Source: an uncultured archaeon (GTDB lineage Archaea; Aenigmatarchaeota; Aenigmatarchaeia; QMZP01; QMZT01). Taken from it: 64,000 nt of DNA. Position 1 is the first letter of the stretch, and the number at the start of each line of letters is the position of its first letter. The stretch spans positions 3,752 through 67,751 of the forward strand of contig CAYFWU010000004.1 of assembly GCA_964347025.1 (NCBI GenBank), given 5' to 3'. Shown here in pieces: positions 52,843 to 60,606 of the stretch. The notes below the pieces were generated by a model that had not been told where the DNA came from, made no database searches, and saw nothing but the letters and a program-made list of their open reading frames with translations. Both the position numbers and the translations under genes were made by a program.

Positions 52843-54704
52843 TTCTTCTCCTTTTTGCTCTTTACAATCGGAGCAATGTCTCCTTTACCTGAGATCTGCA
52901 TGCATACCCCACACCCCAAGCAGACATCTTCCCTAATGAAGACCCTGTTACCTCTCCTCACCATTGCAGGGCATGCGAATTTCTTGACCAGTTCTTTACA
53001 GTTAACTGATTTTTGATTAACCACCCGGAACTTCGTGAGCGTCCCGCCTTTCGCTCGAACCTCCCTCTTCATAACGAGCCTGCAAGGAGCTCTTGAAACT
53101 ATAACGCAAAGTTCATTCTTCTTGGAGAACTCCCTGATCGTGGCCTGCAGGTTTTTCTGATCAAAGGCATTGACTACCCGCACGTTCTTTATCCCGAAGG
53201 AGCGGGCAACGTCTTCTATAAGAACAGGTTTCCTTCGAATGCCCATCCCGTCAATTTCTGTCCCTGGATGCGGTTGGTGACCTGTCATCGCGGTTATCTC
53301 ATTATCCATGATCATAACCAGCGGTTTCGTCCCGTGCCTCGCCATGTTCACGAGACCCTGCATACCGTTATGGAAGAACGTGGAATCCCCTATGAACACA
53401 ACAGCCTTCTGTTTGCTTACCTTCTTTATTCCATGGGTCAGGCCAAGACTCGCTCCCATGGATATCATGAAATCCTGCATCTCGAAGGGCTCGAATATTC
53501 CGAGAACATAACAACCAACATCTCCGGCCCAGACAACATCTTCACCCAAAACCTTCTTCACCGCGTAAAAGGTCGATCTGTGGGGACAACCTGGACAAAA
53601 AACAGGTTTTCTAACAGGTAGCTTGATTTTTTTCAAAAGCTGTTCATGTTTCTTGAATTCATGCTTTTTCAATTTTAGGATGGGAGCAAGGGCATCATAG
53701 ACAATATCGGGTGTGTATTCTCCAACCCTAGGGAGAATGTCCTTGCCATATATTCGAACGTTTGGATTAACATCCTTCGCGACCCCACGGACAAAGTTCT
53801 CCACCACAGGCTCTAGTTCTTCCACAACTACCACTGTCTTCAGACCCTTCAGGAACTTTGAAACAAACGCCTTCGAAATGGGATGAGTAAGGTTCAAGTT
53901 CGCAATCTTGACATTCGGAAGCTTCCCGAGCTCTTTGACGTATTGATAGGATACGCCGTTTGCTATTATTCCCATGCTACCTTTCCCTTCAATTTTATTG
54001 AGTTTCATTCCGAATTCCTTCTCAATTTTTTCGAGTTTTTTGTTTAGTTTCGAATGCAGCACTTGCAAATTCGGCCGGATGTTGTAATATCTCTTCAGAT
54101 CCTTGACAAACTTTCCTGTTGTCTTTGGCTTTTTTATTTTCCCCAGCTTAACAGTCCCTGCTGAATGCGAGACCATCGTGGTCGTCCGGAGGACAACGGG
54201 AACTTCGTATTTCTCCGAGATCTCGAATGCAAGTTTCGTGAAATCCTTTGCCTCCTGTGTATCAGAAGGCTCTAAACAAGGGATCTTCCCCATCCTGTAA
54301 TAGAAACGAGTGTCCTGCTCTGATTGTGCGCTGCTGTGTCCCAGCGGATCGTCCGCGACCATGATGACGAACCCCGCTCGCACACCAGTAAATATCACAG
54401 GGAAGAAAGAATCGCTGGCCACGTTAAGACCGAAGTGCTTCATCGCCGTTAGCGACCTCACACCTGACCAGGCAGCTCCAGCACATACCTCCAGCGCGAC
54501 CTTCTCATTAGTGCTCCATTCAAAATAGAAACTCTTGGTCTCCTGCGCGGCATCAGACAACGTCATGGGAACTTCAGAGCTCGGAGTTCCCGGATAGCAT
54601 GCAACAATCCCCACTCCGGCTTCCATAGCCCCCCTCGCGATCGCCTCATTCCCGAGAAGAACAACCCTTTTTCCTTCATTTGCGAGAACTTCAGGATTTT
54701 CCAT
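52839..54704 (-). CDS. iorA: indolepyruvate:ferredoxin oxidoreductase, alpha subunit
   Basis: 621 aa. Has a fused TPP-binding region (GDSTFFHNG), a CPGCPHR motif and a C-terminal ferredoxin-like Cys cluster (CLGCGVC). Confidence 0.85.
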   Translation of the reverse strand: MENPEVLANEGKRVVLLGNEAIARGAMEAGVGIVACYPGTPSSEVPMTLSDAAQETKSFYFEWSTNEKVALEVCAGAAWSGVRSLTAMKHFGLNVASDSFFPVIFTGVRAGFVIMVADDPLGHSSAQSEQDTRFYYRMGKIPCLEPSDTQEAKDFTKLAFEISEKYEVPVVLRTTTMVSHSAGTVKLGKIKKPKTTGKFVKDLKRYYNIRPNLQVLHSKLNKKLEKIEKEFGMKLNKIEGKGSMGIIANGVSYQYVKELGKLPNVKIANLNLTHPISKAFVSKFLKGLKTVVVVEELEPVVENFVRGVAKDVNPNVRIYGKDILPRVGEYTPDIVYDALAPILKLKKHEFKKHEQLLKKIKLPVRKPVFCPGCPHRSTFYAVKKVLGEDVVWAGDVGCYVLGIFEPFEMQDFMISMGASLGLTHGIKKVSKQKAVVFIGDSTFFHNGMQGLVNMARHGTKPLVMIMDNEITAMTGHQPHPGTEIDGMGIRRKPVLIEDVARSFGIKNVRVVNAFDQKNLQATIREFSKKNELCVIVSRAPCRLVMKREVRAKGGTLTKFRVVNQKSVNCKELVKKFACPAMVRRGNRVFIREDVCLGCGVCMQISGKGDIAPIVKSKKEKK

Positions 54705-54874
54705 AGAACACCCCGGATATTAATAATTGTCTCCGTTAAATAAATCCTTTTACCTAAACTTTCTTCCTTTTCCAACACCGTGCATCATTCTGTAAGGTCC
54801 ACCCGTGCTTGTCACAAAAGTATTGAAAAAATTGGACATAAGCGACAAAGCCTGGTTGAGGATCTCTGTGTAAA

Positions 54875-55549
54875 TTAAATAAAACTTCTTATCAGCACAG
54901 GGAAAACCCTGTTCAGTCCATGCCCTACCCATGCCCCGATTATGTTTTTCGTTTTGTCCGTGACCATTGTTAGAAGGATTCCCTGCGTTATTGTGGAGAT
55001 CAAAAAAGGCGAAAGGAAATGTTGAGGGTGTATGAGCACGAAACCGAGGATCGATGTAACATACGCTATCTTCCGTTCGGTCTTTGCAAGCAAATAAATA
55101 AACAGAAATCCCCTGAAGAAGAACTCTTCTGTAAATGCTTCAAAGAACATGATGATCCTGTAGGGAAGATCGATGGATGTTGTGGATATTAGAAAGACTG
55201 TAATGATTATAGTGATCACTCCAGCGAGCACGCCATAAACCATACTCTTCCTAAGATTTTCTTTCCTTATGCCCAGGTTCGACAATATCGCTTTCAACTT
55301 CCACCTTTCCACGTAGAAAATAATGATTATCGGCAGGAAGACGAATAGAATAAACTTCCCTATGGTATATCCGAAGAGAGGAATAGCCTGGCTTAGATAG
55401 TAGATGAGTGGATAGAAAACAACCATCGTCAGCGAGCATATTATTATCGCCAGGATCGGTTTCAGGTTTTTCCTCCTGTTCTTCAGGCTATATGCAAGGG
55501 GAATTAATAGGACGATCAAGAACGGGGCTATGGGAGAGGTCCAGAACAT
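54875..55549 (-). CDS. CPBP (CAAX/Abi) family intramembrane glutamic endopeptidase
   Basis: 224 aa. Has the EEFFFRGFLF motif, a later H motif (LIHPQHF) and a distal HGLNR. Confidence 0.7.
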   Translation of the reverse strand: MFWTSPIAPFLIVLLIPLAYSLKNRRKNLKPILAIIICSLTMVVFYPLIYYLSQAIPLFGYTIGKFILFVFLPIIIIFYVERWKLKAILSNLGIRKENLRKSMVYGVLAGVITIIITVFLISTTSIDLPYRIIMFFEAFTEEFFFRGFLFIYLLAKTERKIAYVTSILGFVLIHPQHFLSPFLISTITQGILLTMVTDKTKNIIGAWVGHGLNRVFPVLIRSFI

Positions 55550-55589
55550 ATTTTATATTGTGGTAAAGCATAATTTATTTGTGATTTCT

Positions 55590-55919
55590 ATGAGGGTTTG
55601 GGACATACCTCCGGATAAGCTGTGCAGAAATCATCTGCTTGGCGAGCACAGGGAAATACATGCAATCTGGTCCATACTTACCAAGAGTAAGAAGGGATAT
55701 TCCAGGCACCCGGAGACCCTTAGGTGGATAGGGAAACTGAAAGCACTGTATGCAAGGCATGAAAAACTGGCGAGGGAGATGTGCAAGCGGGGGTATGAGC
55801 ATAGAAGCTGTCTTGACCAATCCCTGGCAAGGGGAAAGGGAAAACAGGAAAGGTTTATCAATTCTGCCGGAGAACAGATTAAAATCCTTAGTAATAAAAA
55901 ATGCGGCTGCAGGGTCTAG
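55590..55919 (+). CDS. pyrimidine dimer DNA glycosylase (T4 endonuclease V / Pdg-like family)
   Basis: Start at the ATG at 55590. MRVWDIPPDKLCRNHLLGEHREIHAIWSIL...GYSRHPETLRW matches the Pyr_excise-type signature. Confidence 0.7.
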   Translation: MRVWDIPPDKLCRNHLLGEHREIHAIWSILTKSKKGYSRHPETLRWIGKLKALYARHEKLAREMCKRGYEHRSCLDQSLARGKGKQERFINSAGEQIKILSNKKCGCRV

Positions 55920-56395
55920 ATGTTCAGCACCCAAATACTGTAATTAAGCAAAGCCGCCACACTCACCCACAATATGTAGGGAACGAGAAGGAGACCCGCC
56001 TTTCTCGATATCCTGTAAAATAATATGATGTTTACAAGAATTGCTATCCACAGGAAAATGATCTCAATAAAAGCGAAAAAGGGATTTTGCAGCCCGAAGA
56101 AAAGGACAGACCACATAACGTTCAATACCAATTGAATGCCAAAAACAGATATCGCTAGTTTTACATCTTTCTTCTCAGGACCCCTGTCCCAAATAAGATA
56201 CAAGGAAATACCCATGAGCAGGAACAGGGTTGTCCAGACAGGGGCGAAAACCCAGTTGGGAGGCGTGAAATCAGGTTTCTGTATCGAAGCGTACCATGTA
56301 GCTATGGAGGGGGTGGTAAAGACCGATCCTATCACTGCGGCAATCTGGCATATAATGATGGCAGCTATGAGCTTGACAATTTTATTTTTATTCAT
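55916..56395 (-). CDS. tspO: TspO/MBR family tryptophan-rich sensory protein
   Basis: 159 aa with five TM segments. WYASIQKPDFTPPNWVFAPVWTTLF is the TspO signature. Confidence 0.8.
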   Translation of the reverse strand: MNKNKIVKLIAAIIICQIAAVIGSVFTTPSIATWYASIQKPDFTPPNWVFAPVWTTLFLLMGISLYLIWDRGPEKKDVKLAISVFGIQLVLNVMWSVLFFGLQNPFFAFIEIIFLWIAILVNIILFYRISRKAGLLLVPYILWVSVAALLNYSIWVLNI

Positions 56396-56400
56396 TCTCT

Positions 56401-57147
56401 CTATCCTCCAAGTAAGATCTTAATCACCAACAGGAACACTATACCTATTATAAAGAAAACAAAAGATAAAAACGATCTCTTCATGTTCTCTTCCTTATGA
56501 AGCTCGGGTATTAAATCAGAGGAAGCGATGTAGATGAAGCCGCCTGCAGCGAACGGCAAAAGGAATGCAATCGATTCCGGGGTGTACAAAAGGAAGAATC
56601 CCACGAACCCTCCGATTATGCATGTGATCTGGGCAAGGAAGTTGAAACCGAGGGCTCGAACCTTCTCAAACCCCCCATAAACCAAAACCCCGAAATCTCC
56701 GAGTTCCTGGGGTATCTCGTGAAGTATTATTACCAGAGTGGTGATCCAGCCGAATGCAACACTCACCATGAAGCTTGCCGCAATCACGACTCCATCAATG
56801 AAGTTGTGTATCCCATCTCCGATCAGTACGAGGTGCGTAAAGGGATGGACATCACACTTTCCCTCGTGACAGTGTCTCCAGTGAAGAACCCTTTCCATCA
56901 AGAAGAATATTATAAAACCTATGAGAAGATAGATGAAGGACGTCATAACTTCCATTTCAACAAGCGATTCCGCTATCAAATGAAAGAAAGCTCCGCTCAG
57001 CAGAGCGCCCGCGGAAAAAGCAACGAGTATTATCAGTATACTTTCCAGGGATTTTTCCCTCATCCACAGCGTTAAAACACCTATAAGGCCTATGAAGCTG
57101 TTTACCACGGTCGCCAACAGTATGAACAAAAAAGTTTCAGGACCCAT
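56401..57147 (-). CDS. ZIP family divalent-metal transporter (ZupT-like)
   Basis: 248 aa. Has the HNFIDGVVIAASF and HEIPQELGDF motifs. Confidence 0.8.
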   Translation of the reverse strand: MGPETFLFILLATVVNSFIGLIGVLTLWMREKSLESILIILVAFSAGALLSGAFFHLIAESLVEMEVMTSFIYLLIGFIIFFLMERVLHWRHCHEGKCDVHPFTHLVLIGDGIHNFIDGVVIAASFMVSVAFGWITTLVIILHEIPQELGDFGVLVYGGFEKVRALGFNFLAQITCIIGGFVGFFLLYTPESIAFLLPFAAGGFIYIASSDLIPELHKEENMKRSFLSFVFFIIGIVFLLVIKILLGG

Positions 57148-57188
57148 AAACCAATAATTGCCCTCTGGGATTTAAATTAATTTAAAAA

Positions 57189-57200
57189 ATGCGCCGACCG
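57189..57200 (+). repeat. 12-nt exact copy of the 3' end of tRNA-Gly (ATGCGCCGACCG)
   Basis: Identical to 58782-58793, which spans the acceptor 3' strand, the discriminator and 1 flanking nt of the minus-strand tRNA-Gly. Same orientation, 1.6 kb away. Confidence 0.45.
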
Positions 57201-57217
57201 TTCGTAAAGAAGGAATA

Positions 57218-57490
57218 TTACCTTGAGCACATATCTTCAACTATATGTAGCTCAGATTTTAGACCTGACCTCTTGTTCATTTCGTCAAACGCTGCCTGCA
57301 ATCCCTCAAGATTTTCGGTCTTCCAAGAACACCACATCAACTTCTTATCGTTTTCAATCCAGGCTCCAAGTAGTTTTGCAACTCCCTTAGATTTCACATC
57401 TTCTGCAAATTTTAAGGCCTGCGTGATCAAAAACTCTTTTGGAATATCTCTTTCCCAAGTGTTTGTTCCCATAACTATCATTTTTTTCAC
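57218..57490 (-). CDS. hypothetical protein, DUF4242-like (tentative)
   Basis: 90 aa. KKLMWCSWKTENLEGLQAAFDEMNKRSGL..ELHIVE resembles the DUF4242 pattern. Confidence 0.3.
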   Translation of the reverse strand: MKKMIVMGTNTWERDIPKEFLITQALKFAEDVKSKGVAKLLGAWIENDKKLMWCSWKTENLEGLQAAFDEMNKRSGLKSELHIVEDMCSR

Positions 57491-57523
57491 CTCCCTACCT
57501 TATAATTATGAAATCCAGAAACT

Positions 57524-57730
57524 TTACACTTTTGCTTCACGACTTCTGATCTTCCTGATCGCCGAAACCAGGATCGCGAATGCCACCCAAGCAATTATAA
57601 TCGGCCAGAATGGGAAATTAAATGTCCACCACCCGGCGTCGTTCCCGAGCCAGACAATCGCACCAACCAAAACAACAAAGGCAATCACACCCCAGAAGAT
57701 CGCGTCATCCCTTTCTTTCGGAGTTACCAT
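57524..57730 (-). CDS. hypothetical small membrane protein
   Basis: 68 aa with two Trp-rich hydrophobic helices. Confidence 0.3.
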   Translation of the reverse strand: MVTPKERDDAIFWGVIAFVVLVGAIVWLGNDAGWWTFNFPFWPIIIAWVAFAILVSAIRKIRSREAKV

Positions 57731-57786
57731 TCATCCACCCCTTAATTAATCTTGATAGTAGATTTAATGTATAATAAAAGATGCCG

Positions 57787-57927
57787 TTACTTACAGCATC
57801 CCTTCATGAACCCTCCGCACATCTCCTTACCTTCTTCCGTGCATTCCACGCTGAATCCCCTTTCTCCGCACTTAATTATTGCAACTTCCTTTCCGTCACA
57901 TACGATTTTGCATTCTTTGCATTCCAT
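57787..57927 (-). CDS. 46-aa Cys-rich protein (8 Cys; below ORF-track cutoff)
   Basis: Translates to MECKECKIVCDGKEVAIIKCGERGFSVECTEEGKEMCGGFMKGCCK. GGAGGTGGG lies 4-12 nt upstream of the ATG. Divergent from the PadR-like gene. Confidence 0.35.
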   Translation of the reverse strand: MECKECKIVCDGKEVAIIKCGERGFSVECTEEGKEMCGGFMKGCCK

Positions 57928-57942
57928 TTTACCCACCTCCTT

Positions 57943-57962
57943 AATATCGGTCACCCGATATT
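57943..57962. promoter_or_regulatory. inverted repeat AATATCGG-TCAC-CCGATATT (putative operator 1)
   Basis: Perfect 8-4-8 palindrome between a TATA-like box and the start of the 46-aa Cys-rich ORF. Confidence 0.45.
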
Positions 57963-57989
57963 ATATAAAACACCACTGATATATAAAGT

Positions 57990-58005
57990 TATCGGTTATC
58001 CGATA
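57990..58005. promoter_or_regulatory. inverted repeat TATCGG-TTAT-CCGATA (putative operator 2)
   Basis: Perfect 6-4-6 palindrome with the same ATCGG-N4-CCGAT core, between ATATATAAAG and the PadR-like ORF. Confidence 0.45.
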
Positions 58006-58020
58006 TATATTTAGGAAGAG

Positions 58021-58362
58021 ATGAACCTTTTATATAGGACATCCGATACTATAATTATGGAATGCTGCGACATGAAAGGATTCCTCTCCTATCTTGTATT
58101 ATGGAATCTCAGTAAGAAGAAGATGACTGGAGCAGAGCTAGCGAAGGAACTGGAAAAAAGGAAAGGAACAAAACCCAGCCCGGGGACCATATATCCCGCC
58201 TTAAAGGAACTGAAAGAAAAGGGCTTCATAAAGGCAGACAAGAAGAAGGTTTATTCTTTAACCAAAAAAGGACAAAAGGAGCTAGAAGACGCGTGCAAAT
58301 TTTTCTGCAAGATGTTCTACGACATGAAAGAGATGTCCAAATGTTGTGAATGTTTTAAATAA
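58021..58362 (+). CDS. PadR-family transcriptional regulator with Cys-rich termini
   Basis: 113 aa. LSYLVLWNL.KKKMTGAELAKELEKRKGTKPSPGTIYPALKELKEKGFI is a PadR wHTH. Has an N-terminal MECCD and a C-terminal CKFFCK...CCEC. Internal ATGs at 58057 and 58072 are alternative starts. Confidence 0.65.
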   Translation: MNLLYRTSDTIIMECCDMKGFLSYLVLWNLSKKKMTGAELAKELEKRKGTKPSPGTIYPALKELKEKGFIKADKKKVYSLTKKGQKELEDACKFFCKMFYDMKEMSKCCECFK

Positions 58363-58366
58363 TATA

Positions 58367-58385
58367 ATGTACCGACCGGGATATT
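58367..58385 (+). repeat. degenerate copy (16 of 19 nt, 10-nt exact core CCGACCGGGA) of the tRNA-Gly 3' end region
   Basis: ATGTACCGACCGGGATATT versus ATGCGCCGACCGGGACATT at 58782-58800. Same orientation. Confidence 0.35.
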
Positions 58386-58449
58386 GTATGCAAGACTTAT
58401 ATATATATCAAAAAATAAATTGAACTATTGCTGAGGAGGGGTTGATCAA

Positions 58450-58770
58450 ATGGCTGAGAAAAAAACTGTTAAGAAAAAGGCGGTTAAGAAAAAGGAGAAA
58501 GAGCCCACTTGGGATGAGATTGGAGAACTTGTTGGAAAAAAAATTGAAAAAGCTTCAAAAGAGGGCAAATTTGATTGTAAGTCTTGGACTAAAGAGAAGA
58601 TCCAGTGTAGCGGAACCGGAGGTTGCATTTATTTTTTGGGATTCATTGCTTCACTGATATATTACGTAACTACTGCCCCAGACCTATGGGGTGCTGTTGT
58701 GGGGTTCTTCAAGGCGATCTTCTGGCCAGCTTTCCTTGTTTACGGATTGCTGTTATTCATAGGGGCGTAA
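58450..58770 (+). CDS. hypothetical membrane protein with Lys-rich N-terminus
   Basis: 106 aa. GAGGAGGGG lies upstream. Has two C-terminal TM helices. Confidence 0.4.
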   Translation: MAEKKTVKKKAVKKKEKEPTWDEIGELVGKKIEKASKEGKFDCKSWTKEKIQCSGTGGCIYFLGFIASLIYYVTTAPDLWGAVVGFFKAIFWPAFLVYGLLLFIGA

Positions 58771-58782
58771 TCAATGATATGA

Positions 58783-58930
58783 TGCGCCGACCGGGACATT
58801 CAGACCGTTTTCCGTTGACGCTTTTCTGAAAAGGGTCATTTGAACCCGGGTTACAGGCTTGGGAAGCCCGTGTCCTAGTGCCCGCAAGTCCTTCTTGCGA
58901 AGTGAAGGCGCCAGGCTAGACTATCGGCGC
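58783..58930 (-). tRNA. tRNA-Gly (anticodon CCC) with two insertions (33 nt in D-loop, 42 nt in T-loop)
   Basis: Minus strand: GCGCCGA-TA-GTCT-AGCCTGG[33]TA-GGAC-A-CGGGC-TTCCCAA-GCCTG-TAAC-CCGGG-TTCAAAT[42]CCCGG-TCGGCGC-A. The exons total 73 nt. Confidence 0.75.
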
Positions 58931-58995
58931 GTTCAGTTTTATATTGATTACCTGATTAAAAAACATTTATTAGAGACTCGATTTTAATATTAACT

Positions 58996-60606
58996 ATGTT
59001 GAAAAAATATCTTGTTTTCGGTCTCTCTCTAACTCTTGTTATTTTTCTTTCCGGTTGTTTGGAAGGTCTAACCCCCGAAGCCCTGGCTTATGCGAATCCT
59101 CTCGTGGAGCAGTTTATGGAGCAATATCCAAATGCCCAGATCCAGATTACACATTTCACTGCTCTCCAGAGTATAAGGCTGGTTGAAAACATAAGCATAG
59201 ATTGCGGTAAGAATGTGACGCCCAAGGACTTCTACAGGATCACGATAGATGATCCTGACAGCGGATTGAACGTAATTGCCTGGATAGACTGGGAAAACAA
59301 AAGACTGGAGTGCGCTGTTAAATACGGAATGGGAGAGGAAAAAACAATCTCGAAACCCGAAACACCTATCCAGACCTGTACATCACATGCGGAAGCGAAA
59401 TGTTACGGAGATCACGTATACTGGTTTGATTCCTGCGGCCACAAACAGGAAAAGAAGGAGTATTGCCAACAGGGATGTGAACTCGGCTTCTGCAAGGAAA
59501 AAAGCCATTGTGAAAGGGAGGGCGGATACTGCATTTCAAAAACCGATGTGGCAGGTTGTAAGGAAGATTATGTATTGAAGGAAGAGATCGACTGCCTCGA
59601 AGGTAAGGTATGCTGTCTTCCCAAGTGCGAATCACACGCAGAACTTAAATGTTACGAAGGACATGTATTCTGGTATAATTCCTGCGGTCACAGGCAGGAG
59701 AAGAAAGAATACTGCTACCATGGATGCTTTGAAGGGAAATGCAAGGCCGCTCCCGAGGCTTTCTGTGGAACATCAACAGAAGGTCCCTGCGAAACAGATG
59801 ACAACTGCACAACCGGGGGATGTTCCAGTCAGGTCTGCCAGAGTGTAAACGAAGATCCGGTTTCAACAACGTGTATATATAAGGATTGCTACAATGCTGC
59901 CGAGTATGACATGGTTTGCAAATGCGTCGAGGGCGAATGCAGGTGGAAGAAGGAGTGCGAATCCCACCACACGTACAAATGCTATGAGGGGCATGTTTAC
60001 TGGTACGACTCCTGCGGAAACAAAGAGGAGAAGAAATATGCCTGCGAACACGGATGTGAGAACAGGCAATGTAAAGGATATTGCCAGTCACACCACGAAT
60101 TTAAATGCTATGAAGGTCATGTGTACTGGTACAATTCATGCGGTAACAAGGAAGACAAGAAACAGGCATGCGAATACGGGTGTTTTGAAGGAGCGTGCAT
60201 AGAAGGGTGTAGAGACGAAGAACATGAATGTTACTTCGGTGAGAAGCCTTGCTGTGAAGGACTGGTCGAGGTTCCTTTTGGTGGCTACGATCCTAATATC
60301 AGCACATGTATTGCAGCGACCTGCGGATGGGTATGCAGGCCATGTGGAAATGGAGTATGTGATGAAAACGAGGATGGATGCACGTGCCCAGAAGATTGCG
60401 GCGATGTATGCATAGACTCCGATGAAGGAAAGAACTACCATGATTGGGGGACTGTAACAAAAGGTTCAACCTCTGCCTCAGATCACTGCAACCAGGACGG
60501 AACGCTCACCGAGAAGTACTGCGAGAACAATGAGATAAAGGCAGAGACAGTGAACTGTTCAGAAGGATACGAATGTCTGGAAGGGGAATGCATAGAGAAT
60601 ATTTAA
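58996..60606 (+). CDS. secreted Cys-rich repeat lipoprotein (four ~40-aa CxSHxExKCYEGHVYWYxSCGxK modules plus other Cys-cluster domains)
   Basis: 536 aa. Has a signal peptide ending in the lipobox-like LSGC. Repeats lie at roughly nt 59377-59496, 59626-59745, 59956-60075 and 60082-60198. The central segment is CGTSTEGPCETDDNCTTGGCSSQVCQ.... Confidence 0.6.
   Translation: MLKKYLVFGLSLTLVIFLSGCLEGLTPEALAYANPLVEQFMEQYPNAQIQITHFTALQSIRLVENISIDCGKNVTPKDFYRITIDDPDSGLNVIAWIDWENKRLECAVKYGMGEEKTISKPETPIQTCTSHAEAKCYGDHVYWFDSCGHKQEKKEYCQQGCELGFCKEKSHCEREGGYCISKTDVAGCKEDYVLKEEIDCLEGKVCCLPKCESHAELKCYEGHVFWYNSCGHRQEKKEYCYHGCFEGKCKAAPEAFCGTSTEGPCETDDNCTTGGCSSQVCQSVNEDPVSTTCIYKDCYNAAEYDMVCKCVEGECRWKKECESHHTYKCYEGHVYWYDSCGNKEEKKYACEHGCENRQCKGYCQSHHEFKCYEGHVYWYNSCGNKEDKKQACEYGCFEGACIEGCRDEEHECYFGEKPCCEGLVEVPFGGYDPNISTCIAATCGWVCRPCGNGVCDENEDGCTCPEDCGDVCIDSDEGKNYHDWGTVTKGSTSASDHCNQDGTLTEKYCENNEIKAETVNCSEGYECLEGECIENI

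Noticed and set aside
57189-57749. 186-aa plus-strand ORF
   Set aside because: It is antisense to two minus-strand genes (57218-57490 and 57524-57730). It is Ser/Phe/Ile-rich and has no recognisable domain.
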